64,000 nucleotides of DNA from Perkinsus chesapeaki ATCC PRA-425 (Eukaryota; Protista; Perkinsozoa): assembly GCA_013115145.1 (NCBI GenBank), contig JAAPAO010000020.1, forward strand, positions 1-64,000, in the 5' to 3' direction. The stretch's first letter is position 1. Each line of letters opens with the position of its first letter. Made by a program: the position numbers and the translations under genes. Below are positions 36,501 through 51,599 of the stretch, piece after piece. The notes under the pieces were generated by a model, which searched no databases, was not told where the DNA came from, and saw only the letters and a program-made list of their open reading frames with translations.

Positions 36501-37322
36501 GCTCAATAGACCTACCACAGTCTGCTGCCCCAACGGCTACGGTTAACGTACCTTATCCTTTCAACTTGCGCCTCCACCTCTTCTTTTACTCTCCTATCAC
36601 ACTCTCGCTTGTACCTGGACTCCTGGGGTAACATGCTTCCTCATACTCCGGGGCTCGCTACCGTATCATCCTCTCCTCCAGCCTCACATGGCGATCGTTG
36701 TCGTTGGCCGATGACATGGAGGCCGCTGCATTCTCGAGCGCCCGTAGTTTATCTTCAAGAGTCTGAGATGGCTCAGGAGGTTCAGTCTGGACCGAGGCGG
36801 CGGCCGTCCTAACGAGGCTGATCGAGGACGAAAGCCACACAGCTTTCACCATTACCCCGGAGGGACCATGTGGTTTCTTGGTCTACTGGCGGCCTGTTTA
36901 ATTGCATCCACTATGCTGGCCAATACAGGGGACTGCTCATCAGTGGCCAAAGGGACTTCCTGTAAGCCAAGAGCTTGTATGATATCCTCGCCAGTGAGCA
37001 AGTCTGACGACGTAAGACCATAGTCAGGAAGGATAACCTGAATTCCGATGGAGCAGTGTCACTCGCTCCGGGGGCCCACCGAAAGGCTCAGATCTTTCTT
37101 TGTTTGTTTGAGGTAGTCTCCAATAAGCGAGATCATCGCCTTCGTTCTTAAGCTGTGATCATTGGCCTTCACTTCATCACCGTTTCTCTGCCGTCTTCTG
37201 AACTCTTGAACAAGCCTCGTCCGCAAAAGGCTCTTCAGTTCTCCAGCCAAGCCTCGGGATTTGACAAATTCCCTGAACTCGGAGGAGACTTCTCTCCGCA
37301 CATTCTCGTTTGTGGTTGCCAT
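33583..37322 (-). CDS. OFD1: OFD1-like LisH plus long coiled-coil centriolar protein, many exons
   Basis: N-terminal KSRGLAGELKSLLRTRLVQEF...SLIGDYLKQTKKDLSLSV (OFD1/FOP LisH pattern), followed by many E/R/K-rich heptad exons. Confidence 0.6.
35892..35964 (-). tRNA. trnK-CTT: tRNA-Lys (anticodon CTT), inside intron ~35865-36043 of the OFD1-like gene
   Basis: GCCCGTCTAGCTCAGTCGGTAGAGCGCGAGGCTCTTAACCTCGTGGTCGTGGGTTCGAGCCCCACGGTGGGTG; 73 nt, complete cloverleaf, A and B boxes. Confidence 0.96.
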
Positions 37323-37414
37323 TTCTCCGAACGTCCCTGCCTTCCACAACGACCACATTTAATTAACAACACTGTTCAGGCCGCGAAGGTGAAACGGTTG
37401 AGGTCAGAAACATT

Positions 37415-39975
37415 TCACGTGACAGCGCCGAGCTCTATGCTCTTGAATTTTCGTCGGCTACCGGGCAGGTCATCGTCCATTAATTTCTCGGCAACCTGTG
37501 CGGCCACGTCCTCAGTGGAGTCTATGTCGAGCTGCCCTCGTATCGCTCTGGTGATGGCTTCAACCACCTTGGTTCGAATCTCTCGGACCTCCGTTTCTGA
37601 CGTGTAGACCTGTGAGCTGCTCCTCCGAGCCAACCATAAATAGAGGTCATAAATTTGACACACTCTTTCCAGGTGGAACACAGCAGAGACCGTCGTCGGC
37701 ACTTCGGCGTCGAACACTAAACTCTCCGGCAGAGGCACCTGCCTTGTCGCTACCAAGGACTGCGCGAATGTTCTGAGGCCACTGAGGACGATTGGGTCAT
37801 TGGGGTCAGCTGGAGATGAGCAGAACTCGACTATCTGTTGAAACGTGAGCCCCTCGATGTCAGAGAGGCCCTTGGCAATGTTGACCATCCGGGCCGACCA
37901 AGTCCCCAGGTAGCAGATCGGGTCTGTGTGAGCGACCTCAGCGAAGGTCTGGAAGATCTTGGCTGCTGGAACGTCTCTCTGTCCTAAGGCAGCTTCCGCC
38001 TCGGCACTAAACGCGTTGAGCACGCTGCTTTCGGGAAGTATGGCCGCTTGGGTGACCTCATCGGTAACCATCAGGTGAGCAGGCACCTCGAGCTCAAAAA
38101 TATCTTTAGACCACTCCAGGCCGAAGCCTTGGAAGAGTGGAGCAAGCTGATCCTCATGCATGCAGGCGACAACGCCTCCCTCGGCCCCAGCAGCCAGGCC
38201 GTAGCGTCCCGCACGACCTCCAATCTGTCTGAACTCGGTGGGCACGAGCTGCCTTGTCTCTACTCCGTCGAATTTGTGAACGGTTGAAAAGATGACTCGA
38301 CGAATATTAAAATTGAGCCCGAGCCCGATGCAGTCGGTGGCCACGAGGACATCAAACTCTTGCCGATTGAAGCTGTTGATTTGGTCACGGCGCGTCTCCG
38401 GTGGCAGAGTCCCATACACCACACAGACGCGCCATCTAGTGGATCGCTCAATGTCGGCCTTTACTCTGAGATGATGGGAATGAACGAGCACGTGCGTTCA
38501 AGCTCACCTCATAATGTCCCATCGACTGAAGACAACGACACAATCACCTCGTCGGAGACTGCGGTAAGACCCGATGGCTTTGCCAGAAAGGAAGAGCGGA
38601 CTTAACCGAGAGTATCTGAACTTCGATGACGTTCGTTTGGTGGAGTGGATGCGGGGCGCTACGGTTTGTGGCGAAGCACAATGTCGTTCGGACGGTACTG
38701 CCCCAGGAGGGCCTCCACAAGTCCAGTGGCTCTCCCGTCACCACACAGATGTATCTCTCGGGCTGGGAGGGCCAATATTGCCTACATGCCAATACTAGTC
38801 ACGATACGCCAATACGCCTTACTCGGGTCCAAGCACCACCGCGCTCGCGATCACCAACTAGTTGAACTTCGTCGATGACGCCAATATCGTACTCGACGCT
38901 GCCCGGGCCGGGAGACATCTCGACCGTGCAAGACAGATGGCTGCCAACACCAGCCTCGCTGTCTTCAGTTGCCCTAACGGGTTCGGTCTCTGACGCCTCT
39001 GATTGCTGCCCACGTATGTGCTCCTGGAAATACCATGAATAGTGATATGGGCTAACTGACCTGGCCGGTGAGAAGGTCAGCATCGAGCCCCATCGCCAGC
39101 AGGTCCTCATAGCATTGCCATGCCAGCAGTCGAAGCGGACCGCAGTATACACCACGTCTGAGTAACAACAATATACCGCGGCAGTGTAAATCAATGATCA
39201 CTACTCAGCTTTCCTCAAAGCCTGCATGGCACTATACGTCTTGCCACTATTAGTAGGTCCTTCGTGGAAATGTATAACGCGGGGGAAGGAGGGCCTGACC
39301 GACCAGGGCTGATTCATGATAGGGAGATGGCATGTCTTACGTCTTGGTCTCCAGTTTCCGAAGGTCTGCCAAATGGCGAAGATTCCTGTGGGCAAAGACT
39401 TGTCCCTGGCACTTGTCTTCAAGGAAGCTGGTCACGGCCTTGGCCACCTCTCTCAACTTCACCGGCAGTTCGGATGAGCGAGTATCACCTTGGGCAAAAG
39501 TATCATCAACCAGGCTCGCTCGGAGGCCTGCCACAAGCTGCTGGCCCTGCTGATACCTGCATGGTCGGAGCAAATGGAGATCCGTCCGCTGGCGATGGGT
39601 TTACCTGAGGTAGAGGTCGAACCGTTCCCGGGTATTCTTGTCCTTCATAAGATGCATGGGGACACTGTGGAGGTCCTTTGTGCCGCCGGCATCACCAAGA
39701 CTGTCATACAGACGCACCAGCTGGCCTATCCTCGCATGCAAGGCTTCAGACTCGATGTCGGTGAGCTCAGGACTACCACAGTAACTACGCGGCTTACCTT
39801 GCTGGGCATAGGCTTACACTTCCGAGATGCTATAGTAGCTAGGGGCAGACGACTCCCACAAGCTTTCAACGGGCTGTGCCGCAGCAGCTGATACCCGCCC
39901 CCGAGGCTGAGCGCGAGAGGATGCTACTGCCGTGGCTGCTGCCCGACGCATCAGTGCCTTACACCGCACTATCAT
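37415..39975 (-). CDS. SUV3: SUV3-like mitochondrial ATP-dependent RNA helicase, multi-exon
   Basis: HEGPTNSGKT (Walker A), SCTVEM, VIDEVQL..DRERGGAWTR, VYGTLPPETR, ATDCIGLGLNFNIRRVIF, RQIGGRAGRYG; Arg/Ala-rich presequence. Confidence 0.93.
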
Positions 39976-40053
39976 AGTAATGATGATGACCCTGTCGTCA
40001 TAGTGGGGGACTTTGAACGCAACGAGACCGGCTTTCTTAAACCACATGGTGAT

Positions 40054-43000
40054 TCAACACATCTTATTAATTGCAAGTTCACATGCACGACCTGTCATAT
40101 TAGATACGATCCAGGTCTCCCAATCAACCTTCGGCGAATCATTCTGCTTCGCTGCAGCTGGTGAGGGAGCGCTACTAGCGAGCTGTTCAGAGGGAAGCAG
40201 GTCTGACGCCCATTTGGCGAAGCCCCCGTTGAGGCTTCTACGATATTGACTCGGTTGATCTTCAAGAAGGGGTGCTACTAGCTCAAAGAGATGCAGGAAG
40301 TGGCCTGGATGGAAGCGGTACCACACGGGCCGGTACCGTGCTAAGGCTAGAAGTAGACATAAGTGAGGAAGCCCATCCGAAGACAAATGAGGGAGGCATC
40401 CGAACAGCTGGGAGAAGGCAAGGTTATCTCGAGAAGATCTGACGAACACCAATGATACCACGAGTACTACAAGCGCGCTGTTGACGTCCAACGCCGATTC
40501 TGCCAGGATCGCTCGCTCAACCGCTTCAACGATTAGGCTAGACATTTCGCTCGGAGGAGGTCTAAGAAGACCAGTAGAGATCCCTATGGCACAGTAAGCG
40601 GCACGAATGCAGAACTCGACCTTAAGGGAAGAGGGCACCACCGCTACGCCAGCAGCAGCAGCGAACACTACAGATTCTGGTCGCTCCTCGACCGAGGACT
40701 CCGCACAGGCGCAGAGCCAAACACATTTGTGGGTTATATTGTGAGACCGAAGGAGCTCAAATACAACAGCAGCAAGCTTCAGGCAGCTCTGAGTTAGGCG
40801 GTGATCGGGCCGAACGCTACATGTGATTTGTGCTGCAGCAACACTTTCGAGAGAGCTGGCGAGCTCGCTTAAAGACGATGCCTTTACTTGTTGCGTCATC
40901 GCGACCACAACGGCGATTTCGCACAATAGGGCGCATTCAGGCTCTTTGGGTTGAGAGTTGGACAATGATCGCCTACAAGCCGATAACAGTGCCTCTACTT
41001 GCCAGTCGTCCAGGGGAGCCCTAATGACCGGTAGCAACTTAATCGTTGATTGGAGAATGCGCAGTGTGCAGAAATCATCCTGTTGACTGGCAGCGGCCAG
41101 CACGGCACGCACCAGTTCGGTGAAGCCAGTCTCGTGCACGTCGGTGGATGTGGAGGCTAAGGCAGCCAGAAGCTCCATTATTTCCGGTTGAACCTCTTCA
41201 CTGTCCTCAAGAAGCCATGCCAGGGTGACCGTAAGCTCACGTAAATCATGAACTTTTGCTGCTGGGTCGCGCACCCACTCACGACAGTGCGCTCGACCGA
41301 AACAGGTAAGAAGCCGATGCTTCAAGTGCGGCAGCATACGATGGTTACCCTGGCTCGAGACCAACCGGAATGTGTGAGAGGCTACTATAAGGCCTTCCAT
41401 AAGAAAACGAGGCTCCCAATCGGAGACCACCAGTCCAGAGAGAGGATCGACCGATGTCAGCAGTAGGCTGCTGCCGAGGCAGCTTCTGTCCAGGAGAGAG
41501 GTGAACAGAACAGTTAGAGGAACGATGCTCGAAGGGCCTTCGAGTCGGAGTGCTGTACGAAACAGTTCTCCAGTGTTCCCACGAAGCTCATCAACTGGAA
41601 CTTTAGCAAGCAGCCACCGAGGTAGAACTCCCAATAGGAGGAGCCGGACCACCGACCCTGCCGACCCTACACTGAGGGCTGGTGCAAGGACGGCCGCCGA
41701 ACGTAGGCGGCACTGTAGTGCCCTTAGTCGTGGCGATTCGTAGGAATCGCCGATTAGAATTGACATTGCTTGCACGAACCCCTCCATTGCAACTGGACTG
41801 GAGATGAAGCCATCCAGGAACACTGACGAGAGTTGCTCGATGACCGCCACTGACGGTGTCGACGGCGATGATGGAGATGCTGCCACGATCAGGTCACATA
41901 TTCTGTTGAAGGCCATATCTGCCTCAACCACAACACCGGCCCAGTTAGGGGCAGACTTCAGCAGCGACATAACTTCGAGTTCAATATGAGTAAGCTCCTC
42001 GTGACTCAGCGAGGGGATGACGAAGTCCATAACAGCAATTGCGTGAATCGGCAAGTTTGAACACAAAAGTATCTCGGTCGACTCTATCATAGCCTTCAAG
42101 CAAGTGAGGCTGTTTCTGTTGCCCACAGGCACCGACTTTAGTAACGTACTGAGCAGATCCGCGAAGGGGACTTCGTGCACGCTTGGTTGAATTATAGTTA
42201 CGAAATCGGCACCCCATATACGATTAGCAATTCCTTCGGGACATGCCTCAGCAAAATCCTGTAAACACACAGCAGCAGCCGCACCCATGTTAGAGCCTGT
42301 CCGGACCAAGTCCAGCAGCCAGTCGGTGATCGAGAGTGTCCGAGGCCCGCTGACAACAAGCGGCGGGGCAGGCACTAGGAACACTCGGCACAGTATGATG
42401 CATGCTTCCTGAAGGTCCTCCTCGGCGGACTGCAAAACATGGTACTCAATGGCAGCCTCGAGCTCATGAATGAACGATTGGAAACCCCCTATGTCGTCCT
42501 CGTGTGCCAAGGACCTAAGTGAGCTCGGGTATCCCAGAACTGCAGAAACCTGTATGCCTACCCCATGAAGAGGGCGTCCACTGCCTCCTGGCAGCCCGCT
42601 ATCATCAACAGTATCCTTATAGAGCAATCACAGCGTTTGCCTCGTGCAAAGCGAGATACTAGTCCTCTGCACAGATTAACATCGACAAACCACAAAGGGG
42701 AAGTAGCCGCGACTTGATCACGTTCAAGCAAATTAGTAGTGATGCACTCGATAACTTCACAGGCAGCACCAACTACAACTTCATTGCTACCATCGCTCTG
42801 GGAGACCATCTCCACACACTTCCCCAGCAAAGGGTTATCAGCCTGTGCTAGAGACGAGATATAACAGCCCATCAGCGCAGGTATGTTCAACACGTGTCGG
42901 AGAGTGAGCACCACGGCTTCCTGTGGAAGGTGCGGCCAAACCTCCTCCTCCTCGTCGTCGGCCTCCTTCCTCACCGATACAAGCAAAGCGAGCAACTCGC

Positions 43001-43421
43001 AAAGCAGTTCTGAAAGCCCATCGCCTCTCCTGTCAGCCACGAGCTTCGAAATGCAAAGGACTACTTGAGCCCACACAGGCTTGGAACCTGCCAACGCCTC
43101 CTTGTATGCCCTGCTCCCACCAAGAACCCTCAGAATGCATCGCGCTTGGGAAAGGAGAAATCGAGAAGGCCTTTCATGAGAAATGCAGTCGGTGAGAAAG
43201 CAACCAAAACAGAACTCTGTCAACTCGGATTGGCCGAGTTGCTCACTCGAGCCAACAGCCACTGGGCAGTACCACAGGTGGCTGGATCTGCATTTACCAG
43301 TAGGGCTGAGTATTGGCACCCCCACAGGCACCCTCGGTTGGATGCCAGAGAGTGAGTCTACTCCTCTTTGAGATGATGCTATGGTTGAAGAAGGCATCTC
43401 GGGGATTCCAACTGGCATCAT
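40054..43421 (-). CDS. Large ARM/HEAT-like helical repeat protein (~1100 aa), possible MEI1/PRD1 homolog
   Basis: The 287-aa and 857-aa ORFs join in frame through a 47-nt GT-AG intron (42515-42561); Leu/Ala-rich helices; N-terminal C-x3-H...FC-x2-CF motif. Confidence 0.7.
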
Positions 43422-44412
43422 ACCGCCTCTTCGATATACCAGGATTGCATTCGACTAGCACTGTATACAAAGCTAATTTCACTACAAAGTTTGTAGTTTG
43501 TAGTACAAACTTGGGGCAATTGAACAATCACTGGAAAACCCCCATCCAGTACCCCAATAACACACTACAGTAGAACCCCCCACTATAGCTGTATCAATAA
43601 CAACGCAATAAGGCAAGTACAGAATCCTTTCAGCTAACACACAGTTTGAGCTAGTCGCCTATGAGCACTCCTACCATAAATGGTGAACACATACGAGCTT
43701 CCACTGGAAATTCTCAACACCATCTATGGTGGCGGAGACGGCAGCTCAAACAGCAACGATGCAATAGGTAATAAAAGAATCCAGTGAACTATAACAAGCG
43801 AAAGTGTGCACACAGTGTTGTTTCAAGCAGGGCAGGCGCGATTTGACAGTCGAATGTATCGAGGCCAATCACGCACCAATACTCAATTGGTGGGGGACTG
43901 AGCTATGGCTTAGTCTACTAAGGAGATGGTCACAGTTCAACAACAAGAGATACTACAAGAAAGCGGTAATAATAACTGATCGTCTATAACTAAACGGGTA
44001 TGACTTTGTCATGCAGTGCGGAAAGGGGCAGTGAAAGAACATCGAAGGTTGAGAAAAGCTACGCTCTAACTCGCAAGCAGCGAGAGCACAGTTTGATGCA
44101 GTCTCAATCACCTCCAAGGCTTAAGCTAAAAACCGGATCATAACTTCTAAGCACGAACTGCGCACTCAGAAGGATAACAGTATCGCTAATTGCACTACAG
44201 CATACTACGAAATAGTCTGTATAGATAAGTCAGCGGGGGGCAAGACTCGAGCCAGAATTGAACGACAAACTGCTCGATTAGGGACAGAATAGAGAGATGA
44301 AACAAATAGAACAGTTCGTCGTCAAGTCAGAGAGATGACTCGTGCTCTAGTAGGCAACCACATCTGCACAACCGTAGAGCGATTCTCAAGAATAAGACTA
44401 AGGTAATGACGT

Positions 44413-46192
<1,780 letters not shown>

Positions 46193-47001
46193 ACGCGAAA
46201 AACTTGACTGCATCAAGAGGTATACTCAAGCACGGACAGTTGACCCTAAATAAAGGCAAAGCAGCACAACCAACCGCCACCACCGAGGGACTGGAGCACA
46301 CGAGAGCGGGAAGAATAGCAGATTACCCCCGATAGAGACAACACAAGGGAAGCGAATCTCAAGAAAGTAGTGTAAGCTAATTGCTTGGGAAAGTCTTGCT
46401 GGTGTGTGGAATCATCCCGACGTTTCAATCGGCACAAACTGTGCAACGATACAGCGCGCGCCACCTCGTGTATTCTGTCGTTGCCTTTTGCCTACCGGAA
46501 AAGCACAGTAAGCCCGCTGCAAATTGAGGGACACCATATGGAGGCATTCACCCCTAAGATTGGAAGAGGACCAACGATATTACCCTAGTCAAGTAGACCT
46601 AAGACCAAAGGCTACTGTGCATTACGAAGAGCAAGGGCCGTGGTGGGAAACACTGGGCTCTCCACAGGAACATGCCCCAATCAGATAGCAGACTACTTAC
46701 GGACCACTAAGTGCTTCTACTCAGGACAATAAGACGACACACTGACTAAAATGTCTAACTCTGGCGAGTAGCTTGAGCGAGCTCTATGTAGCACACTTGA
46801 ATCACCTCCCAACTCCGAACCACCAAAGCCGTTTGCCTACTTCAGACCAAGTACCAGGATAAAGCATCCGGAAAACTCAGAACTCAACAACGTCCAACAG
46901 AAGCTGCTTGCAGACAGTGCAGAATGGCAATTTTAATAATGTGGTAAATGTTGATCTTGTTGTTATTGGGGCGAATGTTATATTCGAAAGATACAATGTA
47001 A

Positions 47002-48463
47002 CTAAACTCCACAGCACCCTCCACCACTAGAGGACTCCTTTTCCCCAAAAGGGAGGTCAAGCCTGAGAAGTAAAGAAACAGACGTACGTTATATGACCAT
47101 GAAGTAGTGCTTGTTTAGCACTCTTAACGCATAGCCGATAAGGGCGCCTACTTTATAGGTCTATCATAGTCTCGGGCGACAGCTACTCCATAATCAGTTC
47201 CTTCTGTTGGCACTGGCGCCCCGAAGCTCGAGTGTTGCGTCTGCTGTTGGAGCATTTGCCGCTGAAGCGCTATTCGGACCACCTGAGTCGGGGCATCACT
47301 ACTAGACGCCACCAAGAGCAGCAGTAAACGAGCCCTTAACGGCCATCAACCGCCCCGGCAAGTACCTTCTCTGCAACGGCATGAAATAGGAACTCAATCT
47401 GCTCCCCACCAGTTAAAGAGGAGGTCAAGAAAAATGGGAAGCCCTGAAAGAATGTAGCAGTTTCAACCAGATCGCATTAGCTGCTTAATAAGGGAGCCCT
47501 TGAAGTGGCAACAAGTATAAGGCTTGCGCCCTAATCCACCCTATTACATTCTCATTCGCATATCTCCGAGCGAACGACACGTCCAGCTTAGGTGCTAAGT
47601 CCTGCTTAGTTCCGACCTGAAATGGGAGAATAGAGAACTGTGTCAACACACGAGAGATATGCCACACGCGCCACTCTTTGCCCCAACCTCCGCTAGTATT
47701 AAACACCAGTCATTTAGCCAACAGCAATCTATCCACAACAATGCCGGATGTAGTGACCCACGTGAAACGAGCTACGAGGTTTATTCGGCAATATGGAACC
47801 GTCCAACCTCTCCGTATCTCCGTTGCATTATACTTCCGATTAACAAAGACTAACCCAAACTACTACCAAAACAAACTCCGCTCGGTCATTGTGTTGGGCG
47901 ACTTGGTTCTGCCACCATTTTATTTGATCAAAAGACGCTGCATTGGACAAATCAAAACATAATAGACATATCTGAAAACCACGACAGACACACTACAGAG
48001 CCTATGCCCCGAAGGGTATATATTTACTACATCAGCTTGTCTGTAGTAGCTCCCTGCTAGTTGGGCAAACCGCTCTTGGCCAGCTGTATCGTACAGAATC
48101 AATTTCACTGGCTCGGCTACACCTGAGCGAAGTTGACAAATACGCAGTGTATCGGCAAATATCTGTCGCATACCGGTGACGTTCAGCGTTTTTTCCTTCG
48201 AGTCGCATCCGAGCGTAGACTGTGTGTTGGCGTCAAATACGTCATCGACAAAACTGAACACCAGAGCTCTCTATCATAATAACGAGATAAACTTAAGCCG
48301 TAAGATACGGCAACCAAAGACTTTGTCAAGAAACGCCCAGAAAGACTGGCATCCTAAGCCCGCCGCCAGATGCCCCCTACTACCGAGTAACCAGGCAGGT
48401 CTTGCCTACACTCGCAGGCCCCACTACGATAACCTTCCCCACTAATACCTTGGGAACAGGCAT
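47002..48463 (-). CDS. Rab-family small GTPase, multi-exon
   Basis: G1 GPASVGKT, G3 YDTAGQERF, G4 VGTKQDL, G5 LTSS, probable last exon ending GGGCCGV* (CCxx prenylation motif). Confidence 0.9.
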
Positions 48464-49186
48464 AAAGAGGGCAAACAACCAACTGAAATAAATGGGAGAC
48501 GGAACACAGGGAATGCACAGCATCAACAAACGCAAGACACGCATGTTCAGCTAGAATCTCATTTGGTGTAGCATCATCATACAGCATGGTTTAATAATCG
48601 CAGTATAATGAGTTCCCAGTCTAAGATTGTGGTGGTAACACTGCTGTAGGCTATAAAGCCGAATGCAGTAAAACTCAATACCGAAGGTGTGCGCATAGAG
48701 GCGCAAAACAGCCAAGCCGGCTGAGGCAGTATGTCACTAATCGCTGTGTGGGATAATCCGGATCTCTTCGCCGCATCACTATCCTCTGGAGAGCTAACAT
48801 CGTACCTTTACTTTAAAGTACTTGAGTTTAAAGTAGGCGTTTAAAGGCTTCAAAGGTTTCGCGTTCTCACCACAAGAATTTCGAGTCGAGACGACAATTA
48901 TTATTAATAATTTATTATGATGAGCACCCTACCAGCCTATTACTACCTATCCAATATCCTGCTTTACTTGACAATCTTAATCCTTCATAGATGTCTCGGA
49001 GGACTCCTGTAGAGGCGCTTCCATCATGACCCATGCATGGAATTTGTGCGCGGCGAGCGAACCGCTCCGGGGACTTGATCTCTCGACTCTACTAGAATCC
49101 CGTGCTACGACCATCATCGTCCAGTTGGCGTTCACCCGAGATGTAGCACTATTCATTGTTTATGTCAGCTTAAATTCCACTTCCAA

Positions 49187-49764
49187 ATGTGCATCCTCGC
49201 TGCCATGATTTTCTGCTTCGTCGTGAAGCTCGTTGAAGGCGACTTCTTCAGCGGGATTGTCGTAGAGCCTCCGAGTGTCTGGGAAAACCAAGTGACGGAG
49301 AAGCCGGACACAGAGGGGTTCTTCGACGGGTTCGAGCCAGATCTGCCTGGTATGTTTGACACGTCGTCTGAACAAACCAGCAGTCCGAGCACGATCGACC
49401 TGAGCTGGGTATCGCTGGAAGAGTAAGTCGATATACTATTTCCCAATTCAGTATCTTATCTTAGGCCTTTGACGACCACCACGGTTCCACCGCTACCCAA
49501 GATCGAAGGTGGCAACGAGATGGAGCAGCAGCATGAGTCTGCCGAGGATTACTCGGCAATTCTCGTTGCTCTCTTGATCGTTGTTTCTTTGATCTTGGTC
49601 GTAGTGGTCGCGCAGCTCCTTGTCCTCATTAAGCTTTTGACAAGGAGCCCGAAGAAAGAAGCAAGCCAGGACCTAGAAGAAGGGTAAGCAAGCGATTACA
49701 TAGCTCTACATCGCGCCATATGTGACTCACTATCAACCGTGGAGACTTCCTCCTTTCAGGTGTA
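49187..49764 (+). CDS. Small type I single-pass membrane protein (signal peptide, acidic ectodomain, one TM)
   Basis: MCILAAMIFCFVVKLVEG... exon, then ...YSAILVALLIVVSLILVVVVAQLLVLIKLL...EEG exon with GTAAG donor. Confidence 0.55.
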
Positions 49765-50709
49765 AAGCTGGCGAGACTTCTGGTGGGAAGGCAGCGGCGG
49801 CGGTGACTGCACAGGCGGTAATGGGATCATGATGAGTAACGTGTTGGAGACCATTACAATATTTAGTTGTTGAAAATCATTCAGAATTGTAGTGTTGCAA
49901 GTTACTTACGAACTTCAGTTGTTGTCGTTGACGTACAAGGATGTAAGTTACACCCTGAGTTTAACTCCTAACTCAGTGAGTTAGGGTGCCGAACTAGACT
50001 GTAAGAGTCAGGATTCACCCAAGCAGCTCCACAGCTAATGCCGATCTGGATCTGCCAGCTGTCAGCTGCCGAAGCGATGAAACACACATGACAAGCTCCA
50101 CCAGAAAATACATTTAAAATATCTAATGTTTGGATCGAACCTGGGATTACACCGAGTACGAGTCCAAACATCAAATTGCAACTTGCATCATGCAAGTTGC
50201 ATGTGCTGCGGTAACATCAGTATTGAACGAACCTCAAGCAAAGATTGTGGGCAACTGCCTAACGAGAGACTCTGAGTTGATGATGATTTTTCTGACCGGT
50301 ACTGACAGGTACCACAGGTACTGCAGGTACTGCAGGCAATGGATGGTTTCTGACCCACAAAACTGTACTGTATAGTGTAAAACGATGGAAATCCGATACT
50401 CGCGTGCAGGAATCTACGTAGAGCCATCCAGTGTTCGGCGAACACAGGAACCTGCGTGAGCAGGTCATGCCGGAGGCACCATGTGTGAATCTGAAACCAC
50501 GGAGGTCTATGAGGCTTTCAGAGAACTCCCAACAGAATGTTTGAGTGCATGCATAAACATGTGGCTTCTATCGAGAACGTCAGAGAAGCTCTCCAAGAGT
50601 TATTAATATAGTAACGGCGTTACCATATTGATAACTCTAATAAGCCGAAGGCCGCCAACGACCAGCGCAAAAGCCGACTCACCGCGTACATGGAGAGAGA
50701 TGTTAACGA

Positions 50710-51140
50710 TTGGTACACATAAAACACGTACACTTAATGACATTGAACATTGTTCAATCTCCATAAATCACGTTCATACTCAACTCGATCGCTTGAAACA
50801 CGTACACAGTCAGCTCGTTCGCTCCTATTCAGATCATCGGCAGTTCGACCACCAAAAGTACGTTCACTATTATCTCGTATCCATAAACTCGGTACACTTG
50901 CATTCAGTACACTAAAAGTTCGTACACTTTCATTCCGTTCACCCCTATTCCAAGCACCAAAATCTCAATCCACACCTTTTCATACACGCATATCTCGTAT
51001 ACTTTCATTTCGTACACTCCAAAAATTTTAAAATTTTTCGCCCCGGCTCCGCCGGCGCTTCAATTCCCAGCTTACTCACCCCAGGCTTTCAGCTCCTCAC
51101 ACTCCCATGAACTGAACATACCCCGGGTTAGATTCTAACC
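50710..51140. repeat. Array of degenerate (c)gtacact motifs followed by three palindromes; possible transposon end
   Basis: About 12 gt(a/t)cact-like motifs in 300 bp, an 18-bp AT palindrome at 51021-51038, CCGGC-TCC-GCCGG at 51043-51055, GGTTAGA-T-TCTAACC at 51126-51140. Confidence 0.5.
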
Positions 51141-51599
51141 TAGAACCTTGCCCATGTCAGGTAGCCCTTATAGCACTAGAGCAATCTGGCTACACAATTC
51201 GATGTCGCATCGACTCAATACTTATATTACTTATAACAATATCCACGCGAATCACAGAACACGACTCAGTAATTTCAAGCAGGGATCACATCTCAATGAG
51301 AGAACAATCTTATACTCCTCATTAATGAGTCATTAGCAATCTTATACTTGGCGTGCGACGGGCTGGTTCTGCATCTCCATGAGCCTGACAGAATGTGCGC
51401 GAGTTTATTGTAGTCAATGTGGCCCGCCTGGGTTAAGGGCAAGCAGCCTCCAATCACCTTGCCCACTTACCGGCGGATAGCTGCAACATCAGCACCAATC
51501 TTGTTCACCTAACAATTGGTCGCAAGCGAGCAGCGGTAGCAACAACTGCTGCGTGGAGCCTCCTACCGTGTCACGCATCTGGTCCATCTCCCATCTGAG

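Noticed and set aside
42515-42627. Overlapping 287-aa and 857-aa ORFs as a programmed frameshift
   Set aside because: A normal 47-nt GT-AG intron joins them in frame
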